Shown piece by piece: positions 1 through 8,630 of a DNA stretch of 64,000 bases (the first letter of the stretch is position 1; each line of letters starts with the position of its first letter). The notes below the pieces were generated by a model that ran no database searches, had not been told where the DNA came from, and saw only the letters and a list, made by a program, of their open reading frames with translations. The position numbers and the translations under genes were made by a program. Source of the DNA: an uncultured Dehalococcoidales bacterium (GTDB lineage Bacteria > Chloroflexota > Dehalococcoidia > Lucifugimonadales > Lucifugimonadaceae). The stretch is from the NCBI GenBank assembly GCA_964491775.1, contig CAZBHC010000011.1, positions 5,056 to 69,055 of the forward strand. Direction: 5' to 3'.

Positions 1-2011
1 TTGGGAAAAATTTTGATGTTAATGAATTTATTTTATGAACATTAGCTATCATTTTAGATCTAATAGGGATTTTATGAGTTGAGTAATAATTATCCAAAAA
101 TTCATACTTAATCTTAGCCATGTCAACATTAGAAGGGCATTCTGATTTACATGATTTACATTCCAAACATAAATCTAAAACATCAAACATTCTTTTTGAA
201 GATAACTCTTCAAAAGGTAATGCACCAGATATAGCGGCTCTAAGTGCATTTGCTCTTCCTCTAGTTGAATGTTCTTCTTCTTGTGTAGCATGGTACGATG
301 GACACATTGCACCACTATACATTTTTCTACATGCTCCAACTCCATTACATTTTTCAATAGCACTACTAAAATTGGTTTCTTTTGACCAATCTAATTTTGT
401 TTCAAATGTTTTGGTTTTATATTTAGTTCCATATCTAAGATTTGAGGTCATAGGTGGGGTATTGAAAATTTTTCCAGGATTCATAATCGAATTAGGATCG
501 AACGTTTTTTTAACATCGCTGAAATATTTAACTAATTTTTTACCAAACATTTTTTCTGCCCAAGCACCTCTCACTATACCGTCTCCATGTTCACCAGTAT
601 AAGCTCCACCAAACTCTAGAACTAAATCAGAAATTTCATCTGCAATTGAATGCATTCTTTTTATACCTTCTTCATTTTTTACATTAATCACAGGGCGAAC
701 GTGCAAACAACCAACAGAGGCATGTCCATAATATCCAGCTTCAGTTCCATTAGATTTTACTATTTGATCAAATCTCTTAACATATTCAGGTAATTTTTCT
801 GGAGATACAGCTGTATCTTCAACAAATGGAAGAGGTTTAGCGTCACCTGGAATATTCATCATTAATCCTAAACCTGCTTCACGCATACTCCATACTTTAG
901 ATTGATCTTGAGGTTTTTCAAGTGTAGTTATTTCTTCACATAAACCTAATTTGGTAATTTTCCTTTCAAGTTTTTTTGTTTGTGATAAAACTTCTTCCTG
1001 ATTATTTCCTGACATTTCAACTACGATAATATCTGTAGGATTACCTTTCAAAAAATCTATATTTTTAGCAAATCCTATAGATTGTCTTGCTTGTTGTATA
1101 ATCATTTCTCCAATATGTTCAACAGCTGAAGGAGATTCTGATAATATCTCTACAGTAGCTTCCATCGCGTTTGATATATTATTAAAATGAAAAACAGATA
1201 AAATTTTGTATTTTGGTATTTTTACAAGATTTAATTTAGCTTCTAATATAGATACTAATGTTCCTTCTGATCCAACTATAATTTTAGAAAGATTAACATT
1301 TTCTCTTTTTTCTATTAGGTCTAAATTATAGCCGCCTACTCTTCTTAAAATTTTAGGAAAATGCAATTTAACTTGTTGAGAAGCATTTGAAGAAATATCT
1401 AAGATTTCTCTGTATATTTTTCCTTCAAATGAGTCAAGAGACAATTTATTTTCTAAATATTCTGGTGATATTTCAGAGAAATTAATTTGTTCTCCATTTG
1501 ATAGTACAGTTTTCAATCCAAGAATTTGATCTACTGTTTTACCATATATTATCGAATGTGAACCACAAGAATTATTACCTATAGCCCCACCTATATTTGC
1601 TCTTGCTTTAGTGCTAGGATCTGGAGTAAAAAATAATCCATAGCTTTTCAGGTTTCTATTTAAATTATCAATTGAAATCCCTGGTTGAGTAATTACAAAT
1701 TTCTCTTCAGGTGAAACTTTTATAATATTATTTAGATATTTTGAAAAATCTACTACTATTCCATTGTTAACAGTTTGACCAGATAATGATGTTCCACCAC
1801 CTCGGGGAGTGAGAGTCACTTTGTTTTTAAAGGCGAATTCATGAAGTGCAATTACATCCTCATAATTTTGGGGAATTACAACCCCTACAGGATCTATTTT
1901 ATAAATGGATCCATCAGTTGAATACATTTGCCTGGAATAATCATCAAAACGTATTTCACCAGAAATAAATTTTTTTAATTCATTTTGTATTTCTATTGAT
2001 GATGTGGTCAT
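1..2011 (-). CDS. FAD-binding (GlcD-like) plus 4Fe-4S dicluster fusion oxidoreductase (YdiJ / GlcD-GlcF-fusion type); C-terminus runs off the left window edge
   Basis: Absent from the ORF track because there is no stop inside the window. Manual minus-strand translation from ATG 2011-2009 gives MTTSSIEIQNELKKFISGEIRFDDYSRQMYSTDGSIYKIDPVGVVIPQ...TLTPRGGGTSLSGQTVNNG (FAD_binding_4-type motif). Around nt 600 it reads FGGAYTGEHGDGIVRGAW (FAD-oxidase C-terminal motif). Between nt 340 and 130 it reads CNGVGACRKMYSGAMCP and CLECKSCKSECP (two ferredoxin-type Cys clusters). The same frame stays open to nt 2. The ATG overlaps the TerC stop (ATGA). Confidence 0.85.
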   Translation of the reverse strand, partial: MTTSSIEIQNELKKFISGEIRFDDYSRQMYSTDGSIYKIDPVGVVIPQNYEDVIALHEFAFKNKVTLTPRGGGTSLSGQTVNNGIVVDFSKYLNNIIKVSPEEKFVITQPGISIDNLNRNLKSYGLFFTPDPSTKARANIGGAIGNNSCGSHSIIYGKTVDQILGLKTVLSNGEQINFSEISPEYLENKLSLDSFEGKIYREILDISSNASQQVKLHFPKILRRVGGYNLDLIEKRENVNLSKIIVGSEGTLVSILEAKLNLVKIPKYKILSVFHFNNISNAMEATVEILSESPSAVEHIGEMIIQQARQSIGFAKNIDFLKGNPTDIIVVEMSGNNQEEVLSQTKKLERKITKLGLCEEITTLEKPQDQSKVWSMREAGLGLMMNIPGDAKPLPFVEDTAVSPEKLPEYVKRFDQIVKSNGTEAGYYGHASVGCLHVRPVINVKNEEGIKRMHSIADEISDLVLEFGGAYTGEHGDGIVRGAWAEKMFGKKLVKYFSDVKKTFDPNSIMNPGKIFNTPPMTSNLRYGTKYKTKTFETKLDWSKETNFSSAIEKCNGVGACRKMYSGAMCPSYHATQEEEHSTRGRANALRAAISGALPFEELSSKRMFDVLDLCLECKSCKSECPSNVDMAKIKYEFLDNYYSTHKIPIRSKMIANVHKINSLTSKFFP

Positions 2012-2952
2012 AATTTATTTTTATTGGGCAATACTATTGATGCTAATATACTTAAGAACAAAATTCCAATAATTATTCCCATAGAAATGAACACGTCTGA
2101 CTGTGGACCGACAATATGGCCATGATGTAAATGTTCGAAAATCATTTTTGATCCAATAAAAAATAATATAGTTGCTAGCCCAAATTGTAAAAATCTAAAT
2201 AAATTTACTAGGTTTGCAATAAGGAAAAATAGTGGTCTTAATCCTAACACAGCCATAGCATTAGAGGACCAAACAATAAAAGCATTGTCGGTAATTCCAA
2301 AAACTGTTGGAATTGAATCTACTGCAAAAACTATATCAGTGGAACCTAATACTATCACTGTTAAAAAAAAAGGTGTAGCTATAATTTTTTTAGAATTTGA
2401 TCGTATAAAAAATTTGTACCCTTGATATTTATCAGAAATCTCAATGAATTTAGAGAATATTTTTACTAATATATTATTTTTAGGGTCAGGATCTTTATTT
2501 TTCTTAAAAGCTAATTTATATGCAGTGAAAATTAAAAATATACCTAAAATAACCATTACCCAACCGAACTTAGAAATTATTGCTACTCCTACAGCGATAA
2601 AAATTGCTCTGGCTATAAGTGCTCCCACAATTCCAAATGTTAGAGCTCTCATTTTTAAAGAATCTGGAACAGAGAAATAATTAAATATAATTATGAAAAC
2701 AAATAAATTATCAACACTAAGAGCTAATTCTGAAAGAAAAGCAGTCGTGTATTCAATACCTAGTTCAGTATTACCATATAAAAATATCCATAATCCTACA
2801 AGTGCTGCGATTGATTTCCAAAAAACAGTTAAAAGAGCAGCTTGCTTGAATTCAATAACCTTCTCTTTTCTTGACAATATTACAAAATCAAAAAAAAGTA
2901 AAACGGCTAAAAAAATATTAAAAATTAACCATATATATAATGAGTCAAACAT
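2008..2952 (-). CDS. TerC/Alx family integral membrane protein
   Basis: 314-aa polytopic membrane ORF with the TerC signature ELALSVDNLFVF and a second half reading STDIVFAVDSIP. Confidence 0.85.
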   Translation of the reverse strand: MFDSLYIWLIFNIFLAVLLFFDFVILSRKEKVIEFKQAALLTVFWKSIAALVGLWIFLYGNTELGIEYTTAFLSELALSVDNLFVFIIIFNYFSVPDSLKMRALTFGIVGALIARAIFIAVGVAIISKFGWVMVILGIFLIFTAYKLAFKKNKDPDPKNNILVKIFSKFIEISDKYQGYKFFIRSNSKKIIATPFFLTVIVLGSTDIVFAVDSIPTVFGITDNAFIVWSSNAMAVLGLRPLFFLIANLVNLFRFLQFGLATILFFIGSKMIFEHLHHGHIVGPQSDVFISMGIIIGILFLSILASIVLPNKNKL

Positions 2953-3048
2953 TTTTTATATTTTGAATAGGGTAAAGCTCGTAAAAAATAAAAACTTCTA
3001 CAATGATAATATTTTTCCTAATTGTCTATACGATAAATTATGAAATAT

Positions 3049-3921
3049 TTATGATGTTTTTTCGACTTTATAAGTTATTTGACCATTTGGTGTAGATACA
3101 CTTACTTCATCACCAACTCTACGACCTAATATAGCTTCACCAACTGGAGATCCTATTGAAATCTTTTTTTGTAGTGGGCTTGCTTCTCTAGGTTCAACTA
3201 ATAGATACTCAATTTCAGTTTTTGAATCTGATTGAACTAATAGAACTTTAGAACCTACCTGTACTCTATTTTTATCAGATTTATTATCAATTATTTCTGC
3301 TAATTTCAAAGTGGATTCTATTTCTCTAATCTTTGACATTACCATTCCTTGACTCTCTCTAGCTGCTTCTAAAGGAGCGTTTTCACGAACATCACCATCT
3401 GCTGCTGCTCTCTCAATATCACCTGTCAATTTTATTCTTTCTTTTTGCAATTGACCAAGTTGTTTAGTCATATCGTTATAACCACTTTGGGTAAGATTAA
3501 CTTTTTTATCAGTTGTATTTTTAAGCATCTTTGTTCTTCTTGAGCGTCTTAATCTTAGATGTTGAGCAAGATTAATTTCAGTGAAATTATTTGAGGCAAG
3601 GTAAGCTAGAAATTTTTTTACACTTTTTAATTTTTCTGGATCAGGTTGAGCTGTTCTTCTTATAAAATCTTCAGAATATTCACTGATTTCTGAAGGGATA
3701 ATACTTTTAATATCTCTGTCACCACCTATATGCCTAACAAATCTTCCAATTTCAGACTGAGCAGCATTCTTTCTATCTTTTTTTAGTGATTTTGAATCTT
3801 TATTTAGAAAAATTTCTTGTACGTAACTTTGGAAAAGATTTTTTACGGATTTAGGTATTTCATTAGACCCATTTTGAACTTCTTTAATATCATCAGACAT
3901 ATTCACTGACTCGCTTTCCAA
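3049..3921 (-). CDS. greA: GreA-family transcript cleavage factor with an N-terminal extension of about 135 aa
   Basis: The C-terminal 150 aa are typical GreA: coiled coil LTQSGYNDMTKQLGQLQKERIKLTGDIERAAADGDVRENAPLEAARE and a C-terminal globular domain ISIGSPVGEAILGRRVGDEVSV. The start is uncertain (TTG 3921 or ATG 3900). Confidence 0.8.
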   Translation of the reverse strand: MESESVNMSDDIKEVQNGSNEIPKSVKNLFQSYVQEIFLNKDSKSLKKDRKNAAQSEIGRFVRHIGGDRDIKSIIPSEISEYSEDFIRRTAQPDPEKLKSVKKFLAYLASNNFTEINLAQHLRLRRSRRTKMLKNTTDKKVNLTQSGYNDMTKQLGQLQKERIKLTGDIERAAADGDVRENAPLEAARESQGMVMSKIREIESTLKLAEIIDNKSDKNRVQVGSKVLLVQSDSKTEIEYLLVEPREASPLQKKISIGSPVGEAILGRRVGDEVSVSTPNGQITYKVEKTS

Positions 3922-4118
3922 GATTTAATTTCACTATGTATAGAAAAAAACGAATCTATTTATTCTATGTTTTTTATTCTAATATGTCTTTAGCAGGGGG
4001 ATTTTTTTTGTATCTATTTTTTAAATTAAGACGTATTATTGTTATATAATATTTTCCGATTAGTAGTTTTCCTTTTTTATTCTTATGATAAATAGACAAT
4101 TGAAAGAATCTGTACACA

Positions 4119-4256
4119 ATGCCGAAAAGAACTTACCAACCTAAAAAAAGACGTCGCGCTAGGGTTCATGGATTTCGATCTAGGATGAAAACAGTAGGAG
4201 GTCGTGCTGTACTAGCTCGTAGACGCCAAAAAGGTCGAGCTGTTTTAACAGTCTAG
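4119..4256 (+). CDS. rpmH: 50S ribosomal protein L34
   Basis: Manual translation gives [45 protein letters not shown] (45 aa, below the ORF-track cutoff). It sits in the canonical position upstream of rnpA. Confidence 0.95.
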   Translation: MPKRTYQPKKRRRARVHGFRSRMKTVGGRAVLARRRQKGRAVLTV

Positions 4257-4264
4257 ATAATTTT

Positions 4265-4600
4265 ATGAATTTGAATAGGTCACAAATGATGCGTAGGCCT
4301 AGTGATTTTGAGAAAATTTTTTCTCAGGGGAGTAGGCATTCATCTACAACAATGACAATTTGGATAAAATCCAATCAACAATATGATAGTATGGCTGGAT
4401 TTTCAGTAAGTAAAAAAGTTGGGAACTCCGTTAAGCGAAATCTAATAAGGAGAAGGTTAAAAGAATCAGTGAAAAAACTTTTACCTGATGAAGGATGGAT
4501 TTTATTTATAAGTGCTAAACCTTCAATTGTAAATCGTACATTTAATCAAATTTTTTTTGATCTAAAGAATATTCTTAAAATTAATGGAGTGCTTTCTTAG
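4265..4600 (+). CDS. rnpA: RNase P protein component
   Basis: 111-aa basic protein directly after rpmH. Contains the SDFEKIF...GFSVSKKVGNSVKRNLIRRRLKE pattern typical of RnpA. Confidence 0.85.
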   Translation: MNLNRSQMMRRPSDFEKIFSQGSRHSSTTMTIWIKSNQQYDSMAGFSVSKKVGNSVKRNLIRRRLKESVKKLLPDEGWILFISAKPSIVNRTFNQIFFDLKNILKINGVLS

Positions 4601-4608
4601 TTATATTA

Positions 4609-4863
4609 ATGAATCAATTATTAATAAAAATTATTTATTTGTATAAAAAAATAATTTCACCATATCTTAGTTCTCAATGCAGGTATTCTCCTAGTTGTTC
4701 TTCTTATGCTTTAGATGCTCTAAGAGAATATAAATTATATAAAGCTATTTTTTTGATACTCATTAGAATTGCTAAATGTAACCCTTTATTTTCAGGAGGA
4801 TATGATCCAGTAAGAGGTATGAATTATATTGGTGAAGTAAATAACGGGAAAAATAATGAATAA
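4609..4863 (+). CDS. yidD: membrane protein insertion efficiency factor YidD
   Basis: YKKIISPYLSSQCRYSPSCSSYALDAL...CNPLFSGGYDPV matches the conserved YidD Cys pattern. Synteny rnpA-yidD-yidC. Confidence 0.9.
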   Translation: MNQLLIKIIYLYKKIISPYLSSQCRYSPSCSSYALDALREYKLYKAIFLILIRIAKCNPLFSGGYDPVRGMNYIGEVNNGKNNE

Positions 4864-6058
4864 ATATTTTTTTATACTATTAATTTTTTCTTCTATCTTT
4901 TTATCTGGTTGTATGAATGATCTTAATCCTGAAGGAGGCTGGTCTAGACCAATAATTACAAACGATAATATGGTTATTGCTAGTAAAGATGGATATTTAC
5001 ACAAAATCAATTTAGATAATGGTTTTTATAATCCAAATTGGAAATATCCTAGAGATGAAGATTTAGGTGCAATTTATGGGTCAATTACATTATATGAAAA
5101 TATAATATATGGTTCTTCATATAGTTGTAGAGGAGGTGATTGTTCTGGCAAAGTTTTTGGAGTTAATGAAGATGATGCAATCCCATATTGGGGAGGTCAG
5201 TATATACCTGTCGAAGGTAGAGTAGTAGGGAATCTAGCAGTACTAGACGATATGTTACTAGTGGCATTAGGACCTAAGAACTCCGAATTAAACGATAGCC
5301 CAAAAGGGATATTGATTTCTATTGATCGTAAATCAGGTTTTACTTCTTGGGAAATTCCTTTGGATGGAGAGTCTTGGAGTGGTGTATATATAAATGATAA
5401 AACAGCATATTTGGGGACCTTAAATGGATCAATATATGCAATAGATCTAAATAATTTAAATGAATATAATAGTAATCCAGAATCAAGAATACTTTGGACA
5501 TATAATACAGGTAGGGCTATTGCTGGAGGATTGTTTATCGATGGTGATTCCATAATATTTGGAGATTTTGGTAATAGAGTAATTAAATTATCTAGTAAAT
5601 CTAGATTTTCAGGGATAGATTTTCCAGCAAATCAAGAGTGGTTGTTTGAAACAGATAATTGGGTATGGGCTGCACCTATTATTGATGAAGACATAATATA
5701 TGTTTCTACATTATCTGGACATGTATATGCTATTGATAATGTAGATGGAAAACAAAGATGGGAGGTTGAATTAGATAGTAAAGTCATAGGATCTCCTATA
5801 GTTTTTGATAGAAAAAGAGGAGATGTAATTCAAAAATCTTTAGCTGTTCCATCAGCCGATAAAAACATTTTTGCTTTATCTTTATTTGATGGTAAACAAA
5901 CAGGAATTTTTTCTACGGACTTACCAGTTAATTCATCTCCAGTTTTATACAAAGATTTGTTATATGCTCATACTTTAGATGGGAAAATATTTTGGTTTTC
6001 TACATTAGATATGTCATTAAGAGGTTGTACGGATTTAATAGAAGGTAAATCATGCTAA
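4856..6058 (+). CDS. PQQ-like / BamB-like beta-propeller repeat lipoprotein
   Basis: Lipobox LSGC at residues 16-19. Repeated ...G.lyA.D..nG...W motifs (GYLHKINLDNG, GSIYAIDLNN, GHVYAIDNVDGKQRW, GKIFWF) typical of PQQ-like propeller blades. The start overlaps the yidD stop by 8 nt. Confidence 0.7.
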   Translation: MNKYFFILLIFSSIFLSGCMNDLNPEGGWSRPIITNDNMVIASKDGYLHKINLDNGFYNPNWKYPRDEDLGAIYGSITLYENIIYGSSYSCRGGDCSGKVFGVNEDDAIPYWGGQYIPVEGRVVGNLAVLDDMLLVALGPKNSELNDSPKGILISIDRKSGFTSWEIPLDGESWSGVYINDKTAYLGTLNGSIYAIDLNNLNEYNSNPESRILWTYNTGRAIAGGLFIDGDSIIFGDFGNRVIKLSSKSRFSGIDFPANQEWLFETDNWVWAAPIIDEDIIYVSTLSGHVYAIDNVDGKQRWEVELDSKVIGSPIVFDRKRGDVIQKSLAVPSADKNIFALSLFDGKQTGIFSTDLPVNSSPVLYKDLLYAHTLDGKIFWFSTLDMSLRGCTDLIEGKSC

Positions 6059-6088
6059 ACCGTTTAAATAAAAGGTGGAATTTTTAGT

Positions 6089-7051
6089 ATGGAGATTTTT
6101 GGTCTTTTATGGACAGAAATTATTATGCGACCTATGATAAATAGCCTCGTATTTCTTTATTATTTTCTATTTGGAAGTTTTGGATTGTCAATTATCGTAT
6201 TCACGGTGATTATAAGATTATTAATGATTCCTTTAACTGTTAGACAGTATACTCAGATGAAAAAGATGCAAGTTATTCAACCAAGAATGAAAGCATTACA
6301 GGAAAAATATAAAGACAAAAAAACACAAGAAAACAGACGAAAATTATCTCAAGAAACGATGGGGTTATATAAAGAGGCGGGAGTTAGTCCTATAGGCTGT
6401 CTTGGTCCAATGTTTATACAAATGCCTATATGGATAGGTTTATATAGGGCAATTATAAAAACGATTCCCCCTACACCTGAAGGATTGTCAGATTTATCAG
6501 TTCTGATTTATTCTTGGAATACAGGGATATCATCTATACCACTTAGTAGCATTTTTCTTTCTTCTATTGATCTCGCTGATCTTGTTTCTTCAGCGGTAGT
6601 GCCATGGAACTTTGGACTACCTATTTTAGTTGGAGCATCTATGTGGTTAATGCAAAAGATGACTACTGTTCCATCAACTGATCCTAGACAACGACAAACT
6701 AATCAAATGATGCTATGGATGATGCCAATAATGTTTGGAGTATTTACTTGGCAATTTCCTTCAGGATTGGCGATTTATATTTTATTCTCAAATTTAGTTG
6801 GAATAGTTATACAGTATTTTATTTCTGGTAAAGATATGTTTAAGAATTTTTCTTTCATAAATCTTGGAAAAAATACTGATATTGAACAAAATACTGATAT
6901 TGAACAAAAAGATCTAAAAACTACTAGTGTAGAAACTAGTTTAAATACAAAGGATGGTGATAATAATGGTGAAGATATTCACAGGAAAAGACGTAGACGA
7001 AGCAACAGGCGCAGCTCTTCTGGAAATAGGCGTCGAACTGGAAGATCTTGA
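6089..7051 (+). CDS. yidC: membrane protein insertase YidC (short, Gram-positive-type) with a basic C-terminal tail
   Basis: GLSIIVFTVIIRLLMIPLTVRQ, QPRMKALQEKYKDK and PIGCLGPMFIQMPIWIGLY motifs. The Arg-rich tail reads HRKRRRRSNRRSSSGNRRRTGRS. Confidence 0.9.
   Translation: MEIFGLLWTEIIMRPMINSLVFLYYFLFGSFGLSIIVFTVIIRLLMIPLTVRQYTQMKKMQVIQPRMKALQEKYKDKKTQENRRKLSQETMGLYKEAGVSPIGCLGPMFIQMPIWIGLYRAIIKTIPPTPEGLSDLSVLIYSWNTGISSIPLSSIFLSSIDLADLVSSAVVPWNFGLPILVGASMWLMQKMTTVPSTDPRQRQTNQMMLWMMPIMFGVFTWQFPSGLAIYILFSNLVGIVIQYFISGKDMFKNFSFINLGKNTDIEQNTDIEQKDLKTTSVETSLNTKDGDNNGEDIHRKRRRRSNRRSSSGNRRRTGRS
6872..6907. repeat. perfect 18-bp in-frame tandem duplication in the yidC 3' region
   Basis: AATACTGATATTGAACAA occurs twice (6872-6889 and 6890-6907), encoding NTDIEQ-NTDIEQ. 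Confidence 0.95.
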
Positions 7052-7748
7052 TATAAAGGTAATAAATCCTGGACGATCAGGAATTTTAGGTTTTGGAGGA
7101 GAACATGCCGAAATTGAAGTTTCTCTTTCTAGCGGAGAGCCTTTTGCAGATGAGATTATTTCTAAAAACAACTCTCCCAAAAAAATAAATCGTAATAAAA
7201 AGATACGTAAAAACATTTCTTCTGACGATAAAAATAAAATTTCAGAAAATAAATCTTCAAATAAATTTGAAACTAATAACATATATGAAAAGGATGAAGA
7301 AGCCGAGAAACTTATTGGGGAATTATTAGATTATTTCCTAGGAGCTATGGGTGTGGTTGCTGAGACATATATTCGTGATGAAGAATCCGAATCCTTAATC
7401 TTTGAAATTGATGGAGAAGATTCAGGGTTATTAATTGGTAGGAGAGGAGAAACTTTGAGATCATTGCAATTCTTAGTAAGAATGATTTCAAAGAGACAAT
7501 TGGAACGACAAACAAATGTTTATATTGATGTACAAGGTTATAGAGATAGAAGATATCGTTTTATAAAAAGTTTAGCGCATAAGACTGCCAAAAGAGTGAT
7601 AGATTTAAATGAACCAATTGAATTGGATCCAATGCCTCCAAATGAAAGAAAAATAATACACCAGTCTTTATCAAGGAATTCTAGAATAGCTACTGAATCG
7701 ACAGGTAAAGGGAACAGAAGAAGAATTACTATTTTTCCTGCAGGTTAA
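6954..7748 (+). CDS. jag: Jag/KhpB (EloR) RNA-binding protein with Jag_N, KH and R3H domains
   Basis: Jag_N-like MVKIFTGKDVDEATGAALLEIGVELEDLDIKVINPGRSGILGFGG, KH-like LLIGRRGETLRSLQFL, R3H-like PPNERKIIHQSL. The likely true start is ATG 6966 (AAGGA upstream). Either start overlaps the yidC 3' end. Confidence 0.85.
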   Translation: MVIIMVKIFTGKDVDEATGAALLEIGVELEDLDIKVINPGRSGILGFGGEHAEIEVSLSSGEPFADEIISKNNSPKKINRNKKIRKNISSDDKNKISENKSSNKFETNNIYEKDEEAEKLIGELLDYFLGAMGVVAETYIRDEESESLIFEIDGEDSGLLIGRRGETLRSLQFLVRMISKRQLERQTNVYIDVQGYRDRRYRFIKSLAHKTAKRVIDLNEPIELDPMPPNERKIIHQSLSRNSRIATESTGKGNRRRITIFPAG

Positions 7749-7752
7749 ATAT

Positions 7753-8604
7753 TTGTGTAATTCCCCAGATTTCATTTCTTTAGGTTTACTTTCTTTCGAT
7801 ATTAATGATTATGGAGAAGGAACTTATTTAAAAAATCCTGGTGGAGCTGTTGCTTATTCATCTAAGTTAGCTTTAGATCATCAAATGAATCCCGGAATTA
7901 TAACTTCTTGTGCTAAGGATTATGACTTAGAAGTTTTATTACCAGATATTAAATCAATCATTTATCCAAGCGAAAATACTACAACATTCATGAATACTTA
8001 TAATATGGGAGAAAGAAATCAGGCATTATTGTTCCATTCTAATAAAATACCTCAAAATATAATTCCTAAACAATGGAAAAAACCTAAAATTTTTTTTGCG
8101 GGGCCACTATTACATGAAATTCCAAAAGATTCAATTAATTGGTTTCAAGCGGATTTTTCATATATAGTTCCTCAAGGCTGGTTTAGAAGATGGGGAGATG
8201 ATGGAATTATCGAAATAATAAGTTATATGCCAAATAACCAATTTAATAAGAAATGGGATTTAATGGTTTTATCTAAAGAAGAATCCGCAAATTTATCTAA
8301 AGAATTACTTTTAACTTGGGCTAAAATAATTTGCATAACAAAATCATCAGATGGAGCTAATATATTTTGTGATAATGGAGAGGAATTTAAGATTTCTGCA
8401 ATTGAAGTACCAGATGTAGTAGATCCTACAGGTGCAGGAGATATTTGGGCTGCGGCAATGGCAATAAAACTACATTCTGGATCTTCAATTATAGAAGCTG
8501 GTAATTATGCTTCTGCTGCTGCGGCACTTTCAATAGAATCATTTAGTTTTAGTAGTTCTTTGAGACCTTCAAAAATATCAAATAAGATTTCTAAAATCAA
8601 TTAG
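7753..8604 (+). CDS. PfkB-family carbohydrate/nucleoside kinase
   Basis: Ribokinase-family C-terminal signature DPTGAGDIWAAAMA. TTG start. Confidence 0.7.
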   Translation: MCNSPDFISLGLLSFDINDYGEGTYLKNPGGAVAYSSKLALDHQMNPGIITSCAKDYDLEVLLPDIKSIIYPSENTTTFMNTYNMGERNQALLFHSNKIPQNIIPKQWKKPKIFFAGPLLHEIPKDSINWFQADFSYIVPQGWFRRWGDDGIIEIISYMPNNQFNKKWDLMVLSKEESANLSKELLLTWAKIICITKSSDGANIFCDNGEEFKISAIEVPDVVDPTGAGDIWAAAMAIKLHSGSSIIEAGNYASAAAALSIESFSFSSSLRPSKISNKISKIN

Positions 8605-8630
8605 TTTATTTTGAATAAATAATTAGATTC

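Noticed and set aside
120-602. 160-aa plus-strand ORF (and the 62-aa minus-strand ORF at 175-363) listed in the track.
   Set aside because: They lie antisense or out of frame to a clearly conserved FAD/Fe-S oxidoreductase gene (GEHGDG and ferredoxin Cys motifs in the other frame). They have no recognisable motifs and odd composition.
2953-3048. Looked for a yybP-ykoY (Mn2+) riboswitch upstream of the TerC-family gene.
   Set aside because: The spacer is only 96 nt and almost pure A/T. It lacks the conserved G-rich core (GGGGAGUAG-type) and has no convincing four-helix architecture.
3922-4118. Possible oriC or DnaA-box cluster, because rpmH-rnpA-yidC-jag usually sits next to the origin.
   Set aside because: There is no TTATCCACA-like 9-mer with one mismatch or fewer on either strand, no dnaA or dnaN nearby, and the neighbour is greA.
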